Made by a program: the position numbers and the translations under genes
Origin: a bacterium
GTDB lineage: Bacteria > UBA8248
Reading direction: 5' to 3'
DNA length: 64,000 nt
NCBI GenBank assembly: GCA_965200245.1
Contig: CBDATS010000005.1
Location: 416,001-480,000 of the forward strand
Part shown: piece after piece, positions 29,691-38,607 of the stretch
How positions within the stretch are numbered: position 1 is the first letter of the stretch
Layout of the letters: each line of letters opens with the position of its first letter
Notes under the pieces: generated by a model
The model's input: the letters and a program-made list of their open reading frames with translations, nothing else
What the model was told of the DNA's origin: nothing
The model's database searches: none

Positions 29691-30139
29691 GGCCTCTCCT
29701 TGAACGCCAGCCAGCCGTAGCGCCTGAAACGTTCTTTCAGTCCTTCGGGATCGTCGCTGGGAAAGTGGGCATACACGAACCGTTCGGCCCTGGCAACGGG
29801 GACACCGTTTTTTTCGACGCGCGCGCGGCACAGACTCGCCCGCTCGTTCGTATCGATTATCTCGCCGTGAATCTCCAGAGAAACGCCCGGGCCCAGATCG
29901 TTCGCCACCTCCACATCGTCGATGAGCGATATGATGCACGAGGTCCTGAAATCATGAGTGTAGACCACGAGCCAACCCGCAAGCTGTGCCATCGCCTCAA
30001 TAAGGACCGATCCGGGTACGCGGGGAGCACGCCTGAAATGGGCATTCAGGTAGACTTCGGTGAGTGGAAACGTCTTGACGCCCACGATGTACTCGCCGTG
30101 TACCACCTCTTTGATCTGATCGAAAAAGAGAAAACGCAA
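29687..30139 (-). CDS. FabZ-like 3-hydroxyacyl-ACP dehydratase (second copy)
   Basis: MRFLFFDQI, GVKTF, HFRRAPRVPGSVLIEAMAQ. Confidence 0.85.
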   Translation of the reverse strand: MRFLFFDQIKEVVHGEYIVGVKTFPLTEVYLNAHFRRAPRVPGSVLIEAMAQLAGWLVVYTHDFRTSCIISLIDDVEVANDLGPGVSLEIHGEIIDTNERASLCRARVEKNGVPVARAERFVYAHFPSDDPEGLKERFRRYGWLAFKERP

Positions 30140-30154
30140 TTTCCCGCTCTCCCG

Positions 30155-31348
30155 TCATGCGTTTTTGCCGACCACGAAGGCCACGCACACGCCGTCGAAT
30201 CCCTGAACCAACACAAGCGCGCTTCGCAGTGCATCCCGCCCCGGACGCCACGCGGTGTCATGAAACAATTCTGCTTCCGTTGCCGGAGATGGGGGCGGTG
30301 CGCCCTCGTTCAGGGATTTCATCGCCATGATCAGGTCCAGCACAGGACTCCCCCCCCAAAGGTGGCCGAATATGCCCTTCGTCGCAAGCCCCCAAGGCCC
30401 ACGGTCAACGAAAAGAGAGGCCATCGCTGCGGCCTCCGCACCATCCAATCGAGGCTTGTCCTCTCCATGAATCACGAGGAGGTCCACCTGCTCTGCTCCC
30501 AGACCGGCGCTTGCGAGCGCATTCCGGGCCGATTCCAGTATTGCTCCGGTGAGACCACCCCGTTTTTCAAGCGCGCGAGAGGAAGAATATCCTTTGAGCC
30601 AACAAAGTATATCGGCCGGGTCAACATTCTCGGGCTGATCGAGGAGAATCACGCCTGCCCCCTCGCCCAATTCCTCCGCGTCACCCTCCGATCCGCTACG
30701 CAGGGCCGCACGGGCCATCATGCGGGCGGAAATCACCCCGCTTACACCTGCAGCGAGGGCGAGTTTCGCCTTTCCCGATTGAATCGAGGCTGCCGCCTCG
30801 CAGACAGCGCGCGCCGTGGCATCAGCGCCCGAACTGAAAACGGCGTTCTCTCCCCGCCACCGATGCTGAATCGCCACCTGACTGAAGCCGATCGCATTCA
30901 ACATGCCCAGCGGCCATAAGGGGGGGATGGTGTCCATCCCCTCACGGAAAAAATGTCCCAAGTCCACTCGGCCATCCGATTCTCGTAACGCGCCTATCAA
31001 ATCATCTTTCCCCGGATCGACGGAATCCATCCCCGCGAAAAAAGCGATCTCCTCTTCCTCCCTCCCCAGGAAAGCGGAACCGTCGCCCATCGCTTCATGA
31101 ATCGCCGCCAGAAGCATGTGGGTCTGATGGCCCATGATTCTCGCCGCGCGGCGATCCACACCGAGGGACTCAGGGTCTATCGGCGCGCACCGCGCCGTTC
31201 TGCAGAGAGGATAACCGGCGAGTTCGGGATCGGCGTCAGCAACCAAAAATGTGCGACCCGCGCAAAGCGCTTCCCAAGCGGGCCCTGCGCCGCGCCCCGC
31301 CGCTGTTATCAGGCCGGCGCCAGTGACTGGAATGGAGGGAAACTTCAC
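30155..31348 (-). CDS. ketosynthase homologue lacking the catalytic Cys (chain-length-factor-like)
   Basis: PPLWPLGMLNA, GENAVFSSGADA (Cys position is Ala), LGEGAG, IHGED, KGIFGH. GTGA-coupled to the upstream KS. Confidence 0.8.
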   Translation of the reverse strand: MKFPSIPVTGAGLITAAGRGAGPAWEALCAGRTFLVADADPELAGYPLCRTARCAPIDPESLGVDRRAARIMGHQTHMLLAAIHEAMGDGSAFLGREEEEIAFFAGMDSVDPGKDDLIGALRESDGRVDLGHFFREGMDTIPPLWPLGMLNAIGFSQVAIQHRWRGENAVFSSGADATARAVCEAAASIQSGKAKLALAAGVSGVISARMMARAALRSGSEGDAEELGEGAGVILLDQPENVDPADILCWLKGYSSSRALEKRGGLTGAILESARNALASAGLGAEQVDLLVIHGEDKPRLDGAEAAAMASLFVDRGPWGLATKGIFGHLWGGSPVLDLIMAMKSLNEGAPPPSPATEAELFHDTAWRPGRDALRSALVLVQGFDGVCVAFVVGKNA

Positions 31349-32655
31349 GCGATCTCGGGTCCGCCCAGACAAAGACAAGCGTTCTGCCCACCGAACCCGA
31401 AACTGTTGGAAAGGGTCACGCGATGGACCTGCGCCCTCGTCTCGTTGGGTACGTAGTCCAAATCGCACTTGGGGTCACGATTCTTGTAGTTGATGGTGGG
31501 CAGTATCTCGGAGCGGCGCATTCCCTCGACCGCCAGAATCGCCTCGACGGCCCCAGCCGCACCGATGGTGTGGCCGATCATGGATTTGTTCGAACTGACA
31601 GGTATATTCTCCGCGTGCGCGCCGAACACCTCCTTGATGGCCTTGGTTTCGGTGAAATCGTTCTTGGGCGTCGAGGTACCGTGCGCGTTGATGTATTCGA
31701 CTTTATCGGGCGCAAGCCGCGCGTCGCTCAGCGCCTTTTTCATGGCGAATACCGCGCCCAACCCCCTCGGGTGCATGTCGGTGATGCGAAACGCATCCGA
31801 GGAATCGCCGTAGCCGAGCACTTCTCCCAGAATCTCGGCACCGCGGGCGTGCGCGTGCTCATAGCTTTCCAGGATCATGGCGCCCGCGCCTTCAGACATC
31901 ACGAAGCCGTTTCGCTTCCTGTCGAAGGGCCGGGACGCACTCTGCGGGGTTTCGTATCTCTCCACCAGCGCGGTGAGCAGGACAAAACCGAGAAACCCCA
32001 CGTAGGTGATGGGTGCCTCGCAGCCTCCGGCCACCATCACGTCGGCCTTCGCGTCTCGGATCAAACGCACCGACTCGCCAATCGCCTGCGCTCCTGCCGC
32101 GCAAGCCGAGCAGATGGAGACCATTGGCCCCCGGCAGTCGAAATCAATGGCGACGACCGAGGTCGCCACATCGGATTTTCTTCTGAAAAACATCATCAGA
32201 TCATAGCCGCCGCGGCTCTTGAGTCCCTCAATGTCCCATCCGCCTTGCAAGAGGTCGCCGTTTGCGGGTTTCCAGTAGGGGAAAATGCGGAGCAACTCTT
32301 CGACATCGGGATGATCGCCGTGAGAACCAAGCGCGACGCCGATTCGATTTCTATCAGAAACCTCATTGAGCCGCGCCTTGCGCGCCGCCTGGGATACGGC
32401 CACGCGCATCATCCGCACGCCGCGCGTGGAGAATTTGTCGAGTCTGCGCCCTGCACCGTTTTCCTGCGAGGCGACCCACTCGTCCTTTACCTCGCCTGCG
32501 ATTCGGCAGGGCAGTTTTTCAGGATTGAAACTGCGGATCTCATTGATTCCGGAGTGGCCCTCGCGCGCGGCATCAAACGTGGAAGCGACATCCCCGCCCA
32601 GAGGCGTCAGCGCTCCGTATCCGGTAATCACGACCCGTCTGCCGTTACCGGCCAT
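31345..32655 (-). CDS. beta-ketoacyl-ACP synthase (FabF-like, Cys-His-His intact)
   Basis: RRVVITGYG, CSACAAG, NAHGTST, KSMIGH, NSFGFGG. Confidence 0.93.
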   Translation of the reverse strand: MAGNGRRVVITGYGALTPLGGDVASTFDAAREGHSGINEIRSFNPEKLPCRIAGEVKDEWVASQENGAGRRLDKFSTRGVRMMRVAVSQAARKARLNEVSDRNRIGVALGSHGDHPDVEELLRIFPYWKPANGDLLQGGWDIEGLKSRGGYDLMMFFRRKSDVATSVVAIDFDCRGPMVSICSACAAGAQAIGESVRLIRDAKADVMVAGGCEAPITYVGFLGFVLLTALVERYETPQSASRPFDRKRNGFVMSEGAGAMILESYEHAHARGAEILGEVLGYGDSSDAFRITDMHPRGLGAVFAMKKALSDARLAPDKVEYINAHGTSTPKNDFTETKAIKEVFGAHAENIPVSSNKSMIGHTIGAAGAVEAILAVEGMRRSEILPTINYKNRDPKCDLDYVPNETRAQVHRVTLSNSFGFGGQNACLCLGGPEIA

Positions 32656-32697
32656 CCACGCGTTCTCCCGGCAAGAAGGATGGAATGAGGCAGGCCC

Positions 32698-33261
32698 TCA
32701 GGAGGAGAAGAGGCTCTTTTCCTCCTGGAGCCGATTCAGCCAGTTCTGTACCACCTCATCCCCGCTAGGCAAGGAGGCGGGCTCGTTCGTCTGCGCACAT
32801 ACAATTCGCGTTCCATTCTCGACTTTCCAGTCAGAACCCGCCGGGCTTTTCTCTGGCAAGAAGTTCAGCACGTCGCGCACCGCGCCCGCCAGCGTCTTCG
32901 GCGTGACGAGGGCAGGCAGTTCATCCACGGGAGTTCCGGGCACAAGAGCATCGGCTGCCTCGCTCAAGCGCAGTTTCAGGACTTCGACTCCCGTTTCCGT
33001 CACCTCGCTTTCATCGTTGATCGCCACGCCCTCACCAAACATCTCCTCCACGTGCTCCAGGACGAAATTGCGCGCCATCTTGATGCCGAACACCTGTTCG
33101 AGGCGAAAGTTCACGTCCAGGAAATCGAGCGACAAAACGCCCAAGTCATCCACCAGAGAGCTGTCCGGCTCAATGGTCTCCAGATCGACGCCTGTGGTTT
33201 GAGAAATAGCCTTTTTCACTTCTTCCAGAATCGTATCGTCCGATATCAGGTTTTGCGACAT
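32698..33261 (-). CDS. extended acyl carrier protein (AcpXL-like core, 187 aa)
   Basis: PDSSLVDDLGVLSLDFLDVNFRLEQVFGIK, followed by a long insertion and a C-terminal extension; acidic; AGGA RBS. Confidence 0.85.
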   Translation of the reverse strand: MSQNLISDDTILEEVKKAISQTTGVDLETIEPDSSLVDDLGVLSLDFLDVNFRLEQVFGIKMARNFVLEHVEEMFGEGVAINDESEVTETGVEVLKLRLSEAADALVPGTPVDELPALVTPKTLAGAVRDVLNFLPEKSPAGSDWKVENGTRIVCAQTNEPASLPSGDEVVQNWLNRLQEEKSLFSS

Positions 33262-33396
33262 GGGTGTCCTCTTTCACGATCAAGCGCGCGGTCTATCCTC
33301 GTATTGGACGCGCACGAATTTGCCGATGCTTTCAAGCGTATAGAACCAAGGAAGGAAACGAAAATCAACCGCGCCTGAAGAATCTCCCCTGTTCCG

Positions 33397-34173
33397 TTAC
33401 CCCGGAGAACGATTCAGCCGGTTGCTGAGACCTCGGTCGACCACCAGGGTCTGTCCCCGTATGGAAGCCGCCCCCGCGCCTGCGAGAAAATAGACCGACT
33501 CGGCCACTTCTTCTGGCGTCACGAAAAAACGCTCGGGCAACGAATCCAACTCAGGTTGAACCAGGCGCAGCGTCTTGAACGAATCGGTTTTCACCAGTCC
33601 TGCGCAGACGGCGTTTACCGATACGCCCTTCTCCTCGAAACTCTCCGCCCAGTGCCTGACCGCCGCCTCCATGGCCGCCTTCATCGGCCCCAGCGGGTAG
33701 TCGGGATGATAGAAGCGACTCCCCAGACTCGATATGAACACGACGGAGCCGCCCCGTTGCGAGAGCAGCGGAAGCGCTCCCTGCAGGCAGAAGACATTGC
33801 CCAGAAAATTCGTTTCCACCAGAAGTCTGAGATCACGCTCCAGGAGCTTCTCCCAGGACTTGAAGGGCGCGCGCGCCGCGTTCAAGACGAGCGCGTCGAT
33901 CCGTCCGAACTGTTCCTGCACACGGGTGAACATGGCCTTGACGGCGTCTCTTTTCGAAATGTCCGCCGGAATGACAACCGCCCGCCCTCCGGCGGCACCT
34001 ATTTCGCGGCAAAGCTCCTCCACCATTTGCGCGGAACGGCCCTTGCCGTCCCTGTGGTTCAGGACCAGATGCGCGCCTTCACGCGCGAAGCGCCTCGCAA
34101 TGGCCGCGCCGATCCCGCGGGAGGCGCCCGTCACCACGACCACTTTATCTTTCGTTTCCACAGGTTTGGGCAT
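33397..34173 (-). CDS. SDR reductase, FabL-like enoyl-ACP reductase
   Basis: TGASRGIG, LNAA, ISSLGSRFYHPDYPLGPMKAAMEA, resembling the FabL ISSLGS..Y...KAALE pattern. First gene of the FAS cluster. Confidence 0.75.
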   Translation of the reverse strand: MPKPVETKDKVVVVTGASRGIGAAIARRFAREGAHLVLNHRDGKGRSAQMVEELCREIGAAGGRAVVIPADISKRDAVKAMFTRVQEQFGRIDALVLNAARAPFKSWEKLLERDLRLLVETNFLGNVFCLQGALPLLSQRGGSVVFISSLGSRFYHPDYPLGPMKAAMEAAVRHWAESFEEKGVSVNAVCAGLVKTDSFKTLRLVQPELDSLPERFFVTPEEVAESVYFLAGAGAASIRGQTLVVDRGLSNRLNRSPG

Positions 34174-34424
34174 GTTTCTGGTTCATCCCTCAGTCTGTAC
34201 CACCTGACCCGCGCCTTTGCCCCCAAAAGCAAATTCAATCACAGCTTCCCACCGCAAGGGACTACAGGCTCTAAAGCTGAGAATTTATATCCCACGGACG
34301 TGGCGTCATCAAACACCGCATGAGAAACCTCGAAATCAAGGATTGAATCCCCATCCGAGACCTCTTAGAATAGTTCTCTTTCTTTTCGACTCAAACTCAT
34401 CAAGCGGTCAGGGGGACAAATTCA

Positions 34425-35312
34425 ATGGAAAATCTGGAGATCAAGGAAACGCCGCAGCTCAGAGACCCCGCTCTGCTCATGGCTTTCGCCGGCTGGAACG
34501 ACGCCAGTAGTGCCGCCACGACCGCCGCCAGTTTCATCACCGAAAAGATGGGGGGATCGGAGTTCGCCCGAATCGACTCGGATCCGTTCTACAATTTTCA
34601 GGATATGCGACCCCACGTGAGTCTTGATGAGAACAGTCGCCGCAAGATTACATGGCCCTCGAATACGTTCTATGCGTGCAAGACGCCGGATCTCGAACAC
34701 GACGTGGTGGTATTCCTGGGAGTGGAGCCTCACCTGCAATGGGGAAGATTCTCGAAAATCATCTTGTCCATGGTGCGCGAATGCAAAGTGCGGATGGCGG
34801 TGACAGTGGGCGCCCTGCTCGCCGACGTCTATCACCGCAACAGGGTACGGATCACCGGCACTTCCACGAACCCCGATCTGGCCTCACAACTGGGCCTCAA
34901 GGCCTCACGTTATGAGGGCCCCACAGGGATTGTCGGCGTGCTGAACAATCTGTTCCGCGACGAAAACCTGCCCGCTGTCAGCGTATGGGCGAACGTACCG
35001 CACTACGTCAATGTGACGCCCAACCCGAAAGCGGCACTTGCCCTGGTGGAGCGGCTTAGCGACTTGCTCTCCTATCCCTTGAACCTCTCCGAACTCGAGG
35101 CAGGCGCGCACGAATTCGAGGATAAGGTCGACGAGGCACTCCAGAAAAACAAGTCGGTGAGAGACTACGTAGAGCAGCTAAAGCTCAGAAACGACGGTTT
35201 CGATGAGGAAATCCAGCCGGGCGAACTTCCCTCGGGAGACGAATTGGCCAGGGAACTGGAGCGCTTCCTGAGAAACCGGGGCACCGATGGAGGCGACCCT
35301 GAGAAGGAATAG
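34425..35312 (+). CDS. PAC2 (proteasome assembly chaperone-like) family protein
   Basis: AFAGWNDA, GVEPHLQW, GALLADVYH, YEGPTGIVG, WANVPHY..PNPKAALAL, LPSGDELARELERFL. Confidence 0.85.
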   Translation: MENLEIKETPQLRDPALLMAFAGWNDASSAATTAASFITEKMGGSEFARIDSDPFYNFQDMRPHVSLDENSRRKITWPSNTFYACKTPDLEHDVVVFLGVEPHLQWGRFSKIILSMVRECKVRMAVTVGALLADVYHRNRVRITGTSTNPDLASQLGLKASRYEGPTGIVGVLNNLFRDENLPAVSVWANVPHYVNVTPNPKAALALVERLSDLLSYPLNLSELEAGAHEFEDKVDEALQKNKSVRDYVEQLKLRNDGFDEEIQPGELPSGDELARELERFLRNRGTDGGDPEKE

Positions 35313-35402
35313 CCGAAACCATATCCCTGCGCGGGCGATAACCTGCAGCAGCCATGATGGTTGTGGGGACGCGTCGGTTCCGACTCTGATCTTCGGGTGC
35401 GC

Positions 35403-35996
35403 CTAAACCGGCCTCCAACGATTCAGGACGGCCTCCTTTACCAGATTTCTCAGGCCCGATGCGTCCACCGGCCTGGAGAAGCAATGCGCCGCGCCCAGGT
35501 CGAGAATGCGCCTACGCTCCTCTCCACCGCCGCCATCTATCACCACGACACACGTTTCGGTGCCGGTTTCGCCCTGTTTAATCTGGCGGCACACCTCGTA
35601 ACCATCCACGCTCGCGTGATTCAGGTCGAGTATCACCACGTCGGGATTCGAGGCAGAATACAACACACCCGCCCGGAAGCCGTCGTGCGCCACCTCGATT
35701 TCATAACCCGGCTCTTCCGAGGAGAGCACCTCTTTGATGGTATCGGCGTGCCCCTGATCTCCGTTCACGATGAGCACCCGGGGGTTTACACCCTTTCCCG
35801 GAAAAGGATGGGGAATGCCGCGTGATTCCAGAAATGATAGAAGGGCCTCTTTTTTCACCCTCCTGTGCCCTCCGGGCGTCCGGTATGCTCGCAGCCAGCC
35901 CTTGTCTATCCAGTTTTGAATCGTGACCGGCGTGACGTCGCATATTTTGGCAACCTCAAACGTTGTGAACACCTTCTTGCTAAACAATTCATCCAC
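35403..35996 (-). CDS. excisionase/MerR-type HTH fused to an atypical receiver domain
   Basis: FTTFEVAKICDVTPVTIQNWID..AYRTPGGHRR, then REC-like (DGF.AG, VILDL, DGYEVC). Start uncertain. Confidence 0.85.
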   Translation of the reverse strand: MDELFSKKVFTTFEVAKICDVTPVTIQNWIDKGWLRAYRTPGGHRRVKKEALLSFLESRGIPHPFPGKGVNPRVLIVNGDQGHADTIKEVLSSEEPGYEIEVAHDGFRAGVLYSASNPDVVILDLNHASVDGYEVCRQIKQGETGTETCVVVIDGGGGEERRRILDLGAAHCFSRPVDASGLRNLVKEAVLNRWRPV

Positions 35997-36254
35997 ACTA
36001 GACACAACCCGCCCCCATATGTGGCTACGGTGAAGACTTACATTCGGTTTTGCATGAGTATTACTATGAAATACTTTCGGAATATGTCGCACATTGCGCT
36101 TCGCATTTCAACCGGGTCAAGCGGCAAGGGCACTGGCTGGCTCATAGGTTCGCGGGCGTTGAATTTGAAGGGTCACGCTATATATTCTGAACCCTGTCGC
36201 CTGTAAAAGTGGTTTTGGGGAACATGGAGAAATGACTACCAGGGATGAGCGAAA

Positions 36255-36704
36255 ATGAGAGCTGTCGTACAGCGCGTGAGCGAAGCGAGCGTCCGGGTGG
36301 GTTCCGGGGTCGCTGGAGATATCCGGGTCGGACTACTCGTGCTCCTGAGCGTAGGGCGTGAGTATGATGAGAAAGACACCGATTTCCTCGCTGAAAAAAT
36401 CGTACATTTAAGGATATTCCCGGATGAAACGCAGAGAATGAACCTCTCGCTTCTCGACGCAGGCGGTGAGATGCTCGTCGTCAGCCAGTTCACCTTACAT
36501 GGCGATTGCCGAAAGGGAAGACGTCCCGCCTTCACTGCCGCCGCCCCGCCAGAGCGGGCGGAGCCTCTCTATGAGCGATTCGTCGCGCAGGTCGAAAAGC
36601 TGGGCGTTCGCGTCGCGACAGGCCGCTTCGGCAAGATGATGGAGGTAGCGCTCGTGAACGACGGCCCCGTCACCTTGCTGCTTGATTCCAGGGGTACTTT
36701 CTAG
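36255..36704 (+). CDS. dtd: D-aminoacyl-tRNA deacylase
   Basis: [26 protein letters not shown]. Confidence 0.96.
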   Translation: MRAVVQRVSEASVRVGSGVAGDIRVGLLVLLSVGREYDEKDTDFLAEKIVHLRIFPDETQRMNLSLLDAGGEMLVVSQFTLHGDCRKGRRPAFTAAAPPERAEPLYERFVAQVEKLGVRVATGRFGKMMEVALVNDGPVTLLLDSRGTF

Positions 36705-37621
36705 TGGCTCTCAAGGCGAAAGACGTGCCCTTGCTCAAGAAGAGGCTCGACGCACTCGCCCGCACCTATCACGACGCCTATCTCGCCACCGACCCGCTCG
36801 GGGTCGTCCACGCCTACCGTGGCGCGCAGGACCGCGAGGTCGCGGCGTTTCTGAGTGCAACACTCGCCTTCGGCAACGCCGCCGCGATACGGATAAGCGT
36901 AAAGCGCATCATGGAGCGCATAGGCCCAGAGCCCGCCACCGTACTGCGTCGCATCCAGCCTGAGGAGAGTGTCCGCATTTTCGAAGGCCTTTACCACCGT
37001 TGGGTGGGGCCCGAAGCCATCGGACTCTTCACATATATCATCGGCGCTGTGCTCAGGAAAGAAGGGTCACTCGAAACCTTGTTCCTGAAAGGCTATCGCG
37101 CGGATGAAGAAACACTACAGGAAGCACTCAAGAGATTCAGAGAGCGTTTGCTGGACTATCTACCCACGCCCCCTGCGAACGCGCGGATTGAGCGCGGAAT
37201 AAGCTATCTGCTTCCCGATCCCGATAACGGAAGCGCGTGCAAGCGCCTCCACCTGTTCCTCAGATGGATGGTGCGACCAGCCGACGGGTTGGACCTGGGT
37301 TTGTGGAAAGGGCCTAAAACGCGCCAGCTCATTATACCGCTCGACACTCACATCGCGCGCATCGGACGTCTTCTGGGACTCACCGACAGGAAGACGCCCG
37401 ACCTCAAGATGGCGCTCGAGATCACCAGAAACCTGAGGCGCATCGACCCCGACGACCCGGTGCGTTACGATTTCGCCATCTCAAGGATGGGTATCCTGAA
37501 ACATTGCCCGAGCACGCGAAACATCGCGCTTTGCGCCGGCTGCCTCCTGCAGGACTCTTGCCGCTACTGGCGGCGTCTGCCGAGAAGAAGAAAAAACGCA
37601 GCGTTGCAGGCGATCGCATGA
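36704..37621 (+). CDS. TIGR02757/DUF2400 family protein (HhH glycosylase-like)
   Basis: DREVAAF..LAFG, SACKRLHLFLRWMVR, DLGLW, PLDTHIAR, DPDDPVRYDFA, C-terminal Cys cluster. Confidence 0.85.
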   Translation: MALKAKDVPLLKKRLDALARTYHDAYLATDPLGVVHAYRGAQDREVAAFLSATLAFGNAAAIRISVKRIMERIGPEPATVLRRIQPEESVRIFEGLYHRWVGPEAIGLFTYIIGAVLRKEGSLETLFLKGYRADEETLQEALKRFRERLLDYLPTPPANARIERGISYLLPDPDNGSACKRLHLFLRWMVRPADGLDLGLWKGPKTRQLIIPLDTHIARIGRLLGLTDRKTPDLKMALEITRNLRRIDPDDPVRYDFAISRMGILKHCPSTRNIALCAGCLLQDSCRYWRRLPRRRKNAALQAIA

Positions 37622-37661
37622 GCAGCAAGCGCGGTTGCCGCCGCATGGACCCTGAGATACC

Positions 37662-38600
37662 TTGCCACCAATACCGATTCGGGAGATTCATCTCGTGGCG
37701 ACAAACATAGAGCGCATCGCACTGACCGCGTGGGCGGGAGCACAAAAAAATCCGCTTGACTTCGCCGGACTTACCGCCTGGCTGAGGGATAGAGGATTCG
37801 AGGTGCAACTCGATCTCGATACGGCCCGGATGGCGGGCGAGCCAACAGGCGCAGCGCGAGAAGAGGTCGTCAAGCAAGCCGATCTGGTCATTGTCTTTGG
37901 TGGCGACGGCTCCATGCTGCGCACTGCGCACAACATCGGCGAGGAATCTCCGCTGTTGTTGGGCATCAACACCGGGCATCTGGGTTTTCTGGCGGATGTG
38001 CCTCAGGCCGAACTCTATCCGGCACTGGAGCGGATACTCGTCAACAAGGAGTTTTCTATCGAATCGCGGATGCGGCTCGGCGCCTCGGTGAACAAAAACG
38101 GAGGCGCACCGCCTGAACTTTCCAATTCACTCAACGACATCGTGCTCACCACCGGCCCCCTGGCCCGCATGGTTGAATACGAAGTGCAGATGGAAGGCCG
38201 CCACCTGGGCTATTTCCGGGCAGACGGTCTCATCGTCGCTACGCCAACGGGCTCCACGGCCTATTCACTCTCTGCAGGCGGACCGCTCGTACTGCCCGAT
38301 CTGAACGTGATCCTCATCAACCCGATATGCCCGCACACGCTCAGCAACCGGCCCATCGTCGTTCCCGCCGAGGCAGTGCTCGAAATCACCATCTTCCCGG
38401 ATACCGAAGCAGAGGGGCGAGAGGTCCTTCTCACGCTCGACGGCTTCCCCGGATGCGAACTCGAAGCGGGCGATTCCGTGAGAATCTTGAAAAGCCGGAC
38501 GCCGGTGCGAATCATCCGGCCCAAGGGGGTGGATTTCTTTCAAACGCTCAGAGAGAAGCTCTCGTGGGAGACGCATCCGCGTGGTGGACGGAAAACCTGA
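37662..38600 (+). CDS. nadK: NAD kinase
   Basis: GGDGSML, GINTGHLGFL, LND, DGLIVATPTGSTAYSLSAGGP, PICPH. Confidence 0.95.
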   Translation: MPPIPIREIHLVATNIERIALTAWAGAQKNPLDFAGLTAWLRDRGFEVQLDLDTARMAGEPTGAAREEVVKQADLVIVFGGDGSMLRTAHNIGEESPLLLGINTGHLGFLADVPQAELYPALERILVNKEFSIESRMRLGASVNKNGGAPPELSNSLNDIVLTTGPLARMVEYEVQMEGRHLGYFRADGLIVATPTGSTAYSLSAGGPLVLPDLNVILINPICPHTLSNRPIVVPAEAVLEITIFPDTEAEGREVLLTLDGFPGCELEAGDSVRILKSRTPVRIIRPKGVDFFQTLREKLSWETHPRGGRKT

Positions 38601-38607
38601 GAAACCG

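Noticed and set aside
24458-34173. Calling the cluster aryl polyene or ladderane biosynthesis
   Set aside because: It lacks the starter ligase/ammonia-lyase, methyltransferase and export genes of aryl polyene clusters, and the radical SAM and desaturase-like genes of anammox clusters.
34174-34424. Possible c-di-GMP riboswitch in the FabL/PAC2 intergenic region
   Set aside because: Only scattered GCAAA/GGGAC words occur, without the required two-stem architecture.
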